Source: Thermoproteus tenax Kra 1 (GTDB taxonomy: Archaea > Thermoproteota > Thermoprotei > Thermoproteales > Thermoproteaceae). Taken from it: 32,000 nt of DNA. Below, piece by piece: positions 1 to 8,323 of this stretch (positions are counted from its first letter, which is position 1; the number at the start of each line of letters is the position of its first letter). Where the stretch lies: the NCBI RefSeq assembly GCF_000253055.1, contig NC_016070.1, positions 1,470,001 through 1,502,000 on the forward strand, given 5' to 3'. The notes beneath the pieces are model-generated. The model had not been told where the DNA came from, searched no databases, and saw nothing but the letters and a program-made list of their open reading frames with translations. Position numbers and translations under genes: made by a program.

Positions 1-1759
1 ATAGAGGGCGCCTTATACGTCCGCCATCGCAGTTCACATATATCGAGTTGCCCAAGAGGGCGACATTAACTTCGTCGTGGACCTTCCCTTGTCTCCTCAT
101 GGTTCTGATGTTTTTAACCAACTCCTCCGGCTCTGGATGCACTCCTATCAATCTGCCGTTGAGGTACACCTCAGCTCCAGCTACGCCGTTACGTCTAGCC
201 TCTAACACGGGCACTACGCCCAAATTATACAAGAGTCCCTCCACACTCGACTCATCAACTCCCATTGTCACTTCAGCCAACAAAGCCAAATTCTTGACCA
301 ACCCGACGTTCTGACCTTCAGGCGTCTCAACGGCGCATAGTCTGCCCCACTGGGTTGGATGAAGATCGCGGGCCTCGAAGTGAGGCTGAGTTCTGCTCAA
401 AGAAGATACGACCCTCCTCAGATAACTAAGCGTCGACAGATAGTTAGTTCTGTCAAGTATCTGCGAAACGCCCGTCTTTCCTCCCACCCAGTTTCCTGTG
501 GCGAGCGCCTGTTTCACACGCTCCGTAATAATGTCGGGTCTCACTATGGTCTGAAGGTGAGGTATCTTGCCTCTGGCGTAATATTTCTCCAATTGATTCT
601 TCAACTCTTGGAGGAACTGCTTCATCACAGTTCTGAATAGTTGGGCCAACAGATCGTTGACCAGTCGCACGCGCTTATTGGCGACGTGATCCTTATCGTC
701 TGGCCTCCTTCTGCCGAGTTGCATCTCTATGAGGCCCTTGGCTACTTGGCCCAACAACAACGCCTTCTTTATTCTGGCCTCCTGCATGGCCTTATCGTCT
801 GGCTTCTGTGGGTTCAAGTTCGGCAGGAAGTATTTGTCGAGTATCTGGAGCGCCCTCTCTATCCTTATGGGCCGGGGCTGTCCCACGGCTATCTTGCCGC
901 CTATGAAGTCCAGTGCATCGTCCCTAGTAGTGGCTATCTCTTGTCCAGCCAACAGCGAGGGCAATAGCTCCTTCTGGATATCGGGATCGTCAGAGACGGC
1001 AAGAACTATATCTTGGTCGCTCTCTAGACCCATGGCGCGCATGTAGACCGTGAAAGGTATTCTCACCGGTATGGCGGAAAGCGTCACGTATATTACGCCG
1101 TCTTTGTGATATTCCACCGTCATGGTAGCGCGGTAGCCCGGCCCCGTTGAGATCACCTTGGCGAGATATCTTACCGTTGGTTTATCGCCTACGTCATATA
1201 TAGGCCTATCTGTCACAAGATCCTCTTGGCTTATAACAACGCGCTCGCTTCCGTTAATTATGAAGTAGCCGCCCGGATCCTCCGGATCCTCAAACTTCTT
1301 GGCATACTCCTCCGGCTTTAGTCTAGTCAAGTTGCACCTCTTAGACTTAACTACTATTGGCAGCTCGCCCGCGTATATTGTTTCTGTCGCGTAGGGCTCA
1401 TCGTCGACGTAAAGCGTCATTGTGAGATATATGGGGGCACTGTAGGTGGCGTTGCGCAGCCTGGCCTCCATGGGATAGATGAGAGATTCCGAGCCGTCCG
1501 GCTCCTTTATACGCGGCCAACCAATTTCAACCCTCTCTATCACGACTTTCAAGCCCTTTATCTCCGTCTCCACAGTCCCCATCTCCTCAACGATCTTGGG
1601 CAGACGCCTTTCAACAAAGTCGTTGAAAGCTCTTATCTGGTGGTCTACTATGCCTCTATCCCTTATGAACGCCCTTACGAGGGCCCATCTGTCATCGGAG
1701 GTAGGAAACAGCCCATCCCCTCCTCGATATTTAATGGGTATGGGGAGCAGATCTACCAT
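1..1759 (-). CDS. rpoB: DNA-directed RNA polymerase subunit B (Rpo2), N-terminal ~586 codons; the 3' end runs off the left edge of the window
   Basis: Absent from the ORF track because no stop codon lies inside the window. My translation of the reverse strand from ATG 1759..1757 reads MVDLLPIPIKYRGGDGLFPTSDDRWALVRAFIRDRGIVDHQIRAFNDFV ... PHFEARDLHPTQWGRLCAVETPEGQNVGLVKNLALLAEV ... with no stop down to position 1. These are conserved motifs of archaeal/eukaryotic second-largest RNAP subunits. The ATG overlaps the rpoH stop (TAATG), giving the canonical rpoH-rpoB order. Confidence 0.93.
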   Translation of the reverse strand, partial: MVDLLPIPIKYRGGDGLFPTSDDRWALVRAFIRDRGIVDHQIRAFNDFVERRLPKIVEEMGTVETEIKGLKVVIERVEIGWPRIKEPDGSESLIYPMEARLRNATYSAPIYLTMTLYVDDEPYATETIYAGELPIVVKSKRCNLTRLKPEEYAKKFEDPEDPGGYFIINGSERVVISQEDLVTDRPIYDVGDKPTVRYLAKVISTGPGYRATMTVEYHKDGVIYVTLSAIPVRIPFTVYMRAMGLESDQDIVLAVSDDPDIQKELLPSLLAGQEIATTRDDALDFIGGKIAVGQPRPIRIERALQILDKYFLPNLNPQKPDDKAMQEARIKKALLLGQVAKGLIEMQLGRRRPDDKDHVANKRVRLVNDLLAQLFRTVMKQFLQELKNQLEKYYARGKIPHLQTIVRPDIITERVKQALATGNWVGGKTGVSQILDRTNYLSTLSYLRRVVSSLSRTQPHFEARDLHPTQWGRLCAVETPEGQNVGLVKNLALLAEVTMGVDESSVEGLLYNLGVVPVLEARRNGVAGAEVYLNGRLIGVHPEPEELVKNIRTMRRQGKVHDEVNVALLGNSIYVNCDGGRIRRPL

Positions 1760-2058
1760 TAGCCCGGCACAACTAGTCTATATATAACTGATTCTCCCGC
1801 AGTCTCAGAACGTCTCACTATCTTGATCACATCGCCTGGCTTCGCGCCAACCGCTTTAACAAGGGGATCGCTCGACCTTATCCAAGGTATCTGCCAGGGC
1901 CTTACTCTCAGCTTTCGGAGCAACGCCCTGGCCTCCTCCTTAGTTAATACGACGACCTCCTGAGGCCCTAGAGAGTGCTCAAGAACTCTTTTGCTCACGG
2001 GGGTGTGTAAAAACCACTTTTTATGTCTACTCTCAACGTTAGACGGCCCGCTTAGCAA
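1759..2058 (-). CDS. rpoH: DNA-directed RNA polymerase subunit H (Rpo5)
   Basis: 99-aa ORF. The C-terminal part (LTKEEARALLRKLRVRPWQIPWIRSSDPLVKAVGAKPGDVIKIVRRSETAGESVIYRLVV) fits the RpoH/Rpb5 C-terminal domain pattern. It lies directly upstream of rpoB with stop/start overlap. The first ~7 codons overlap the atpA 3' end, so the real start may be slightly downstream. Confidence 0.85.
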   Translation of the reverse strand: MLSGPSNVESRHKKWFLHTPVSKRVLEHSLGPQEVVVLTKEEARALLRKLRVRPWQIPWIRSSDPLVKAVGAKPGDVIKIVRRSETAGESVIYRLVVPG

Positions 2059-3820
2059 CTAGCTCCGCTATAGAGGCCTTCAAAGCCTCTAAGGCCTTCT
2101 CTAGCTCTTCAACTTTGTCGTTTGTCACCTCCATACGAAGTCTCGGTATACGTTTCACTATGTCGAGCTCTCTCAGCGCAGAGGCGGCCACTCCGGACTC
2201 AACCGCCTTCAAGCCCTCGGTATAATAGGTATATATAATCTTCATAAGCAACACTTGCTTCTTGGGAGAGCTGGGCGTGTCGACTGGATTAAACGCGTCT
2301 TGCTTTAAGAAGCCCTCTCTGATTAAGAAGGCCGTATTAAGTATGTGTTTCTCAGCCTCGCTCAGCGCCTCGGTGCCTAATATGCGCACTATCTCCTGCA
2401 ACTCGGCCTCTCTGCTGAGAACTGTCTGTAGAGTATCGCGCATACGCCGCCACTCAGGGTCTACTCCCTTAATCCACCACTCCTGAACTGTATCAACATA
2501 TCGAGAGAATCCCATGAGCCAGTCTATGGCAGGGTAATGCCTCGAATACGCAAGCCTGGGAGACAGGGGCCAGAACGCGCCTATAAACCTCAGGGTGTTA
2601 GATGTAACGGGCTCTGTGAAGTCGCCGCCTGGCGGGCTCACAGAAGCCGCTATAGTCAGAGAGCCGACTCTCTCCTCCCTTCCTATCAATATAACTCTGC
2701 CAGCGCGTTCGTAGAACTCGGCCAGCCTAGTGGGCAGATAAGCTGGGTAGCCCTCCTCCGACGGCATCTCTCCGATGCGTAACGCCACCTCTCTCATGGC
2801 CTCAGCCCACCGCGATGTTGAGTCCGCAGAGACCAATACATCGTACCCCATATCTCTGAAATATTCGCCTATAGTGGCCCCAGTATATATGGAGGCCTCT
2901 CTGGCTGCGACCGGCATATTGGAGGTGTTGACGATTATCGACGTGCGCTCCAACAATGATTTGCCAGTGAAGGGATCCTTGAGCTTTAACAAACCTTGAA
3001 GCGCATCGGCGGCTTCGTTTCCGCGCTCTCCGCACAAGACCGGTACTACTATCCTAGCTTGGGCGTATAGGAATAGAGTGCGAATTGTGACCGTTTTGCC
3101 GCTGCCGAAGGGGCCCGGAATAGAGGCGGCGCCGCCCTTGGCCACCGGGAACATGGTATCTATGGTTCTCACTCCGGTGATCAAGGGCTCTACCGGCGGG
3201 AGCTTCTCCTTGAACGGCCTGGGCCTGCGGACGGGCCATTTATGCCACATCTTTACCTCGACCACTCCGTGTTTCGTCCTTATCCTCGCGATCACATCGT
3301 CCACCCTATATTTGCCCTCGGCGATCCACTCCACTGTGCCGGGCGTGTTTCCGGGCAGAGGAGGATACATTATCCTATGCTCTATGAGCGAGGTCTCTTG
3401 CACTACGCCCAATATATCTCCCGGCCATATCTCACTCCCTTGCTTCACCACGGGCTTGAAGTCGTACTCGGCCTTGAGGTCTAAAGGAGGCGCTTGATCG
3501 TAACCTATGCCGCGGGCTACGAACGGCGTCTTAGTGGTCTCAAATATGAGTTTCAGAGGTCTTTGAACGCCATCGTATATCCTGCCCAACAAGCCCGGAC
3601 CCAACCAAGCGCTCAGCGGCTCTCCGCTTCTCACCACGGGCTCTCCCGGCTTAATGCCCGTAGTGTCCTCATATACCTGTATAAACGCTTTATCGCCCTG
3701 AACTCTAACGACCTCGCCGAACAGCTTTAGCTCTCCCACGAACACTAGTTCATAGAGCCTTGCGCCAGGCAGATCGGCCTTGACTACAGGCCCAGAGATG
3801 TACTCTATCCGGCCGCTCAT
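2039..3820 (-). CDS. atpA: A-type (V-type) ATP synthase catalytic subunit A
   Basis: 593 aa with Walker A GPFGSGKT, CGERGNEAAD, and TSRWAEAMREVALRIGEMPSEEGYPAYL. It has the non-homologous insert typical of A subunits. The start overlaps the atpE stop as ATGA (3817-3820). Confidence 0.97.
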   Translation of the reverse strand: MSGRIEYISGPVVKADLPGARLYELVFVGELKLFGEVVRVQGDKAFIQVYEDTTGIKPGEPVVRSGEPLSAWLGPGLLGRIYDGVQRPLKLIFETTKTPFVARGIGYDQAPPLDLKAEYDFKPVVKQGSEIWPGDILGVVQETSLIEHRIMYPPLPGNTPGTVEWIAEGKYRVDDVIARIRTKHGVVEVKMWHKWPVRRPRPFKEKLPPVEPLITGVRTIDTMFPVAKGGAASIPGPFGSGKTVTIRTLFLYAQARIVVPVLCGERGNEAADALQGLLKLKDPFTGKSLLERTSIIVNTSNMPVAAREASIYTGATIGEYFRDMGYDVLVSADSTSRWAEAMREVALRIGEMPSEEGYPAYLPTRLAEFYERAGRVILIGREERVGSLTIAASVSPPGGDFTEPVTSNTLRFIGAFWPLSPRLAYSRHYPAIDWLMGFSRYVDTVQEWWIKGVDPEWRRMRDTLQTVLSREAELQEIVRILGTEALSEAEKHILNTAFLIREGFLKQDAFNPVDTPSSPKKQVLLMKIIYTYYTEGLKAVESGVAASALRELDIVKRIPRLRMEVTNDKVEELEKALEALKASIAELVAKRAV

Positions 3821-4377
3821 AGGACAGAATAAATAACCCTTTTAATTTCTTCTATATTACTACTTATTAAACTCTCTATACTCATATCTAATGTTATAGA
3901 TCCATCACGGGAAGATGCGATGAGGCCGCCCAGAATGTCCTTCTCTTCAACCTCTCCTCTTATGTTGAGCTTCCTCATAAGCGCCGTCACTGCGTTCTTG
4001 TCCTTTGCCGAAACATAGACAACCATATTATCGCCGACTATCTCTCTGGCCTTAACTAACGAGGTCTCAATGAATTTTATATATCTCTCATTTGTTCTAT
4101 TATTATCAATATATCTATATATTTCTGTTTTAACCTTCTCGACGACCTCATTGTAGGTCTCGGCTACCTTCTTTCGGCTCTCCACTAAGGCCTCGTAGAG
4201 AAGTCTCTCCCTCTCAAGAGTCATCTGGCTCTGGGCACTCGCTATCTGCTCCGAATATTTCGTCAATATCGTATACGATCTCTGTCTAATACTATTTTCT
4301 AGATCATCGATAATTTTACGTTTAAAATCCTCAAGCTCCTTTATGTGTTGATTTACTAGGTCTTGGAAAAAGCTCAC
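3817..4377 (-). CDS. atpE: A-type ATP synthase subunit E (peripheral stalk)
   Basis: 186 aa with a GTG start. It has a long charged helical N-terminal half (KELEDFKRKIIDDLENSIRQR...ERERLLYEALVESRKKVAETYNEVVEKVKTE) and a globular C-terminal half. It is translationally coupled to atpA. An A/T box at 4395-4404 (reverse strand CTTTAAAAAA) lies ~23 nt upstream of the GTG. Confidence 0.8.
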   Translation of the reverse strand: MSFFQDLVNQHIKELEDFKRKIIDDLENSIRQRSYTILTKYSEQIASAQSQMTLERERLLYEALVESRKKVAETYNEVVEKVKTEIYRYIDNNRTNERYIKFIETSLVKAREIVGDNMVVYVSAKDKNAVTALMRKLNIRGEVEEKDILGGLIASSRDGSITLDMSIESLISSNIEEIKRVIYSVL

Positions 4378-4428
4378 ATCCCTTGAAAAAAGAGTTTTTT
4401 AAAGCCTTATTCCCTCGTTGCAACGGCG

Positions 4429-4719
4429 TCAGCCTCCCAGTACTTGTCTAACCAACTGCAAGTAATTGACCTCTCTTTCCATATTTTCCATGACGCTGGG
4501 AACTTCAACGAAAACTTTATTGGGATTTCTCATCCTCAGCTCATCGAGCTCTTTCCTCATTTCTTTTGCATAATTTGATGATATAAAAAACACATTGTAT
4601 ATATGTAAATTTTTCAATAAATACTCATACAATTCCTTTGCATTATTAAAAGATCTGCCATTAAATCCCATTAGCTTAAAGAGATCGACGGTATATTTAT
4701 CGCCTAACACTATGGACAC
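4429..4719 (-). CDS. atpF: A-type ATP synthase subunit F
   Basis: 96 aa. The pattern MSIVLGDKYTVDLFKLMGF ... VFFISSNYAKEM ... KVFVEVPS ... LVRQVLGG resembles the ~100-aa subunit F family (I.V.GD...v.gF.L.G ... P.iv.iP). Its position is upstream of atpE-atpA. An A/T box at ~4739-4751 lies ~26 nt upstream of the start. Confidence 0.7.
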   Translation of the reverse strand: MSIVLGDKYTVDLFKLMGFNGRSFNNAKELYEYLLKNLHIYNVFFISSNYAKEMRKELDELRMRNPNKVFVEVPSVMENMEREVNYLQLVRQVLGG

Positions 4720-4755
4720 GATGACGGCGGTGAATTATGCTTAAATATTTTGTCT

Positions 4756-5253
4756 CTACCACGGCTCCTTTTTTAATTTAGCAATATAAGCAAGTATATT
4801 AGTCAATCTATGAATTATTGGAGTAATAATTATTGATAATATTATTGTTAAAATAGATATATCTTTATATAGAGAATATACAAGTAATGACATTAGGAGA
4901 AAGTCGAGTTGATCGAGCGGAAAGGCAGGATAGCCCCGGGGGAGACATAGGCGCCTTTTTATAAAGGCCCCTAAGATGTCGCCAACAAGGGCTGAGACCG
5001 CTAACATGAAGGCGTCAAGAGGGGTAAGCATGTGCACCAATAGGTTGGGCAACCACCCCAGGGTGGAGCCGAACAGCGTACCTATGAGGAGCCCCTCGAA
5101 AGTTTTGCCGTCGCCTAAGATCCGGCGTCCCCTCCACATCTTCCCGAAATCCACGGGGTGGCGCCTTGGGATAAGAGCGGCGAGCACTGCGAGGCCGTTG
5201 GCAACATAGGAGGGCCAGATCAAAACTAGCGCGAAGATCAACTGATCAATCAT
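4756..5253 (-). CDS. carS: CDP-archaeol synthase (CDP-2,3-bis-O-geranylgeranyl-sn-glycerol synthase, DUF46 family)
   Basis: Multi-TM protein carrying WPSYVANGLAVLAALIPRRHPVDFGKMWRGRRILGDGKTFEGLLIG, the CarS signature region. I place the start at ATG 5253 (MIDQLIFAL...), which overlaps the stop of the upstream zinc-finger ORF as ATGA. The longest ORF would start at 5313. Confidence 0.85.
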   Translation of the reverse strand: MIDQLIFALVLIWPSYVANGLAVLAALIPRRHPVDFGKMWRGRRILGDGKTFEGLLIGTLFGSTLGWLPNLLVHMLTPLDAFMLAVSALVGDILGAFIKRRLCLPRGYPAFPLDQLDFLLMSLLVYSLYKDISILTIILSIIITPIIHRLTNILAYIAKLKKEPW

Positions 5254-5570
5254 TCGTGGTCTCTCCTTATATGGACGAGGAGCGATTTCACGTTTAAAAA
5301 CTCCCGGCCGCATACGCCACAGAAGAACCTGCGGTCTCGCCTTATGACGAAGTGTGATCTGATGTGGTCCCGGATTTCGGCTCTCTTGACTTTAGCATTG
5401 CACACGCCGCATATCGCGTCGTTGCCCGAGATCTTGACATGTTTCATATAGTGGGACACCACGTTGTCCCAAGCTATAGATTCGCCGCATATAGTGCATT
5501 TGAACTGATGCATCAGTAACAAGTAGCCCTTTTCTTCTCCGCCGCATATAAGGCATAGCTCGGCAGGCAT
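5250..5570 (-). CDS. Small protein with three C2H2-type zinc fingers
   Basis: 106 aa. Finger-like units are FKCTICGESIAWDNVVSHYMKH, AICGVCNAKVKRAEIRDHIRSH and FFCGVCGREFLNVKSLLVHIRRDH (CxxC-x11/12-H-x3/4-H; the last has the classical F/L hydrophobic positions), plus an N-terminal CLIC pair. An A/T box GTAAATATAAC at 5587-5597 lies ~22 nt upstream of the ATG. Confidence 0.7.
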   Translation of the reverse strand: MPAELCLICGGEEKGYLLLMHQFKCTICGESIAWDNVVSHYMKHVKISGNDAICGVCNAKVKRAEIRDHIRSHFVIRRDRRFFCGVCGREFLNVKSLLVHIRRDHE

Positions 5571-5599
5571 AGCGCCAGTTAGAGATGTAAATATAACAA

Positions 5600-6085
5600 T
5601 TGGGCCGAAATGTGAAAGGAATCGCGATGCCGGACTGGAGGAGCGGAGCTATAGGGGTAGTAACAGCTGACGAGGACGTATCTGAGCTCATTAAGTTGAC
5701 CATGAGCGCGTGTGGAGTGTCAACTCTGAATTTATATTTAATTCCTAAATATAAAATCTCATGTTTAAATATATTTTTAAATAAATATAATTTTAGCGGA
5801 TTAGTATATATATTCGATGTATATGGAGTTACAACTCAGCTGGCCCTTGAGCGTAGAATAAATCGTGAGCGCCTCTTAGAAAGAGCGTGGGACTATATAT
5901 CATCCATAATCTGCGCGCAGACAGATCAAGCCGAATGTAACGACGAAGTTCGCCTAAAATGTTGCAAAAGACGCTGTGGCCCCCTCTGCGAACTTGCCAA
6001 ATACGTCGCCTCGGCTAAAAGGGGGGTGGTTATAGATATGAGGGACGAGCTCAGACGTGCCTTAGACATATCGCAGGACCTCTAG
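5600..6085 (+). CDS. Hypothetical protein (doubtful ORF; start unclear)
   Basis: 161-codon ORF with a TTG start; in-frame GTG at 5612 and ATG at 5627. The middle third is read through a ~130-nt extremely AT-rich tract (about 5700-5830). The C-terminal 80 aa look protein-like (helical, Cys cluster CNDEVRLKCCKRRCGPLC), but there is no canonical in-frame start after the AT tract. The 3' end overlaps the radical SAM gene by 24 nt. Confidence 0.3.
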   Translation: MGRNVKGIAMPDWRSGAIGVVTADEDVSELIKLTMSACGVSTLNLYLIPKYKISCLNIFLNKYNFSGLVYIFDVYGVTTQLALERRINRERLLERAWDYISSIICAQTDQAECNDEVRLKCCKRRCGPLCELAKYVASAKRGVVIDMRDELRRALDISQDL

Positions 6086-7645
6086 GCGCCTCCCCTGAGA
6101 CCTGGCCCTCAGAACCTCTTTGTATTTCTCGATCTCGGCCTCCGCCTTGCTCAGACGCTTGTCAACGTAATTTATAAAATAGCTAACTAAGAACCTTATT
6201 GGAGCATACTGGGCACCTTGGAAGTAGAACTTGTTTACTATGTCGCGCGCCCAATAAATGGAGTGTCTGGCGACGGCCTTCAGCAGATCTATGTGCTCAG
6301 GGTAGAGGTTCATCTTGTCGAGCCATCCGGATTTCTCAGCCTTTACGTGGCTCATGGGCACATAGAACAGAGGTACGATCAGAGATCTATAAGGTCTTAG
6401 TCTCTCCACGAGCTCGATAGTCTGGATGACGTCGTCTGGCTGCTCGCCGGGTAGCCCCACTATGAGTGTAATAGCGGGTATGAGTCTTAGCTCATGCATT
6501 ATGGCCATGGCCTCCTCTACTATGTCGTGCCACTGCTCGATCTTATAGGGGGCCGCCTTCCCGGGCATTATCTGCCTGGCGACCCTCACGGAGCCTGTCT
6601 CGAGACCTATCTGTGCCCCCCACCAATTCTGATGCTCATCCTCAATGATATCCGCGATCTTGCTCATCAACTTATCGTACTTTTTCTCAGCCAATAGAAC
6701 TGCGACAAACGTCGTGTGGCTCCATCCAACTTTTCTGTAGTATCTCTTGGCTAATTTATGTAGCTCAATTAGGGCCCTCGGGTTCAGCTCGACGCCGGAG
6801 GAGCCGTATAGTGGAACCTCGTCGGCGTGTAAAATACCATCGGTTACGCCCGATCTTACATTCACCTTTAACTCCTCCTCAATTTTGTCGAGAGGATACC
6901 ACCTCAGTGGTCTCAGAGTGACCGAGCAGAAGGCGCAACCCCTGGGGCAACCCCGACCTATCTCGACGAGACCATTTATGGACGCTCCCTTTATGGTCGA
7001 GATCTCGTCCAAACTTGGCGCCTCGTTTGCGCCAACGTAGATGTATCTAGGCGGCGTTTTGCCATCTAGTATTTCTTTTACAAGGTCCACGACTAACTTC
7101 TCTCCTTCTCCGTCAAATATCGTATCAATGCCCCACCGTTGGACGAGATCGGGGTAGTATAGCCACTGCCAGGCTGAGGGCCCTCCAACTATCACTTTAA
7201 GCCCGTTGGCTTTCTTGGCGGCCCATATATCTTGTTCTATTTTTTCCATGAACTTTCTAAAGAGATAAGCGTTGAGGGTCTCCTTGCCCAAGAGGACTCC
7301 CCAAGTGCTAGACGGCGGATTTACGCCGAAGTAGTCGTGATGGCTGAGCATCAAGACGCGCGCCTTGCCCAGATACCTATGGACATAGTCGGGGTCTATT
7401 ATCGCCGCGTTTATGCCTGCGTCTTGAAGCTTGGCCTCGATCTTTCTCATTCCGTAGGGGGCCTGCAGAGGCCTGCCCAGTTTATCCGTCTTGATCTTCG
7501 GGGCAAAAAGGAACGTGTGAAACCACTCCGATAGCCCAAAGGGAAGTTTTACAAAAACAGGGCCAGTGGTTCCGAAGCCCAAAAACTCCTTGCCATGATA
7601 GTTGCTCATCATGCCCCTATCCGTAGTCAAGACTACGTCGAACAT
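6062..7645 (-). CDS. Radical SAM enzyme with an N-terminal Rossmann/B12-binding-like domain
   Basis: 527 aa with the CxxxCxxC cluster motif in GRGCPRGCAFCSV. The N-terminal ~200 aa resemble the flavodoxin-like domain of class-B-type radical SAM proteins (VVLTTDRGMMSNYHG ... RVLMLSHHDYFG ... KVIVGGPSAWQ). Confidence 0.9.
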   Translation of the reverse strand: MFDVVLTTDRGMMSNYHGKEFLGFGTTGPVFVKLPFGLSEWFHTFLFAPKIKTDKLGRPLQAPYGMRKIEAKLQDAGINAAIIDPDYVHRYLGKARVLMLSHHDYFGVNPPSSTWGVLLGKETLNAYLFRKFMEKIEQDIWAAKKANGLKVIVGGPSAWQWLYYPDLVQRWGIDTIFDGEGEKLVVDLVKEILDGKTPPRYIYVGANEAPSLDEISTIKGASINGLVEIGRGCPRGCAFCSVTLRPLRWYPLDKIEEELKVNVRSGVTDGILHADEVPLYGSSGVELNPRALIELHKLAKRYYRKVGWSHTTFVAVLLAEKKYDKLMSKIADIIEDEHQNWWGAQIGLETGSVRVARQIMPGKAAPYKIEQWHDIVEEAMAIMHELRLIPAITLIVGLPGEQPDDVIQTIELVERLRPYRSLIVPLFYVPMSHVKAEKSGWLDKMNLYPEHIDLLKAVARHSIYWARDIVNKFYFQGAQYAPIRFLVSYFINYVDKRLSKAEAEIEKYKEVLRARSQGRRLEVLRYV

Positions 7646-7662
7646 AACCAGATCCCGATGAG

Positions 7663-7674
7663 CTTATTAAAAGC
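7663..7674. promoter_or_regulatory. Central A/T (TATA-like) box shared by divergent genes (radical SAM / ORF 7691)
   Basis: CTTATTAAAAGC lies at the exact centre of the 45-nt spacer 7646-7690, ~23 nt from each start codon. Confidence 0.5.
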
Positions 7675-7690
7675 ATTATCGTAAACATCG

Positions 7691-8323
7691 GTGCTTGAGG
7701 TGGTGAGAATGAGGGAGGTTGACGAAAATGAGTTGCGCTACGTGGAGGAGCTAGTGAGAGATTTTGGAGAAATACCGACAGAACTAATAGTGGTCTTTAT
7801 TAGTAGAGAGGGGGCTCTGGATATTTTCAATATCTCAGTGGATAAAGTTAAAGCAGTAAAGAGCGAGGATGGATACTTGCTTCTTGTAGCGGAGCCAGAT
7901 AAACTGTCTCTGTGGCGCGAGCTAGCGTCCATAAAGGCCGTGAGCGATCCAGAGGCTCTTTCGATCTGGACAGCGCCGGAGCGCTATAGAGACGAGCTCT
8001 CTCAATTGCTCTCAATGGCCTTGTACAAAAGGGTAGTTGACCTATACATTGCTAGAAAGGACGTTAATATTGTAAGTTCACTGTTTAATCCAAGCGAGTT
8101 GCCGGTTGAAGTAGATGACGTCAAGAGATCCTTGGTTTACACATTGGGGCTAGACGCAACGGTCAGTATAGCTATCGCTGGGTTCAAAAGTATAGCAGAG
8201 GAACTGTATGTGAAAATAAGGAGGACGCCACTGTATGATATTTATACTAGATTTAGAAATTTTGTTATAAATAATTTTAAATTTGAATATATTTATAATT
8301 ATTTAAATATATTAGTCGGTTAG
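7691..8323 (+). CDS. Hypothetical protein
   Basis: 210-aa ORF with a GTG start. It is divergent from the radical SAM gene across an exact 45-nt spacer with a central A/T box. The last ~30 codons are very AT-rich ([24 protein letters not shown]) and overlap the radA 3' end by 12 nt. Confidence 0.55.
   Translation: MLEVVRMREVDENELRYVEELVRDFGEIPTELIVVFISREGALDIFNISVDKVKAVKSEDGYLLLVAEPDKLSLWRELASIKAVSDPEALSIWTAPERYRDELSQLLSMALYKRVVDLYIARKDVNIVSSLFNPSELPVEVDDVKRSLVYTLGLDATVSIAIAGFKSIAEELYVKIRRTPLYDIYTRFRNFVINNFKFEYIYNYLNILVG

Noticed and set aside
2262-3730. Multiple 60-140-aa ORFs on both strands inside atpA (2262-2486, 2537-2782, 2775-2999, 2802-3035, 3054-3239, 3078-3497, 3242-3484, 3494-3730).
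   Set aside because: All overlap the unambiguous atpA CDS and are shadow frames.
5571-5830. AT-rich tract considered as a replication origin unwinding element.
   Set aside because: I could not find ORB/mini-ORB-like inverted repeats (TCCAGTGGAAA-type) flanking it, and no orc1/cdc6 or whiP gene is adjacent. It is kept only as an unexplained tract.
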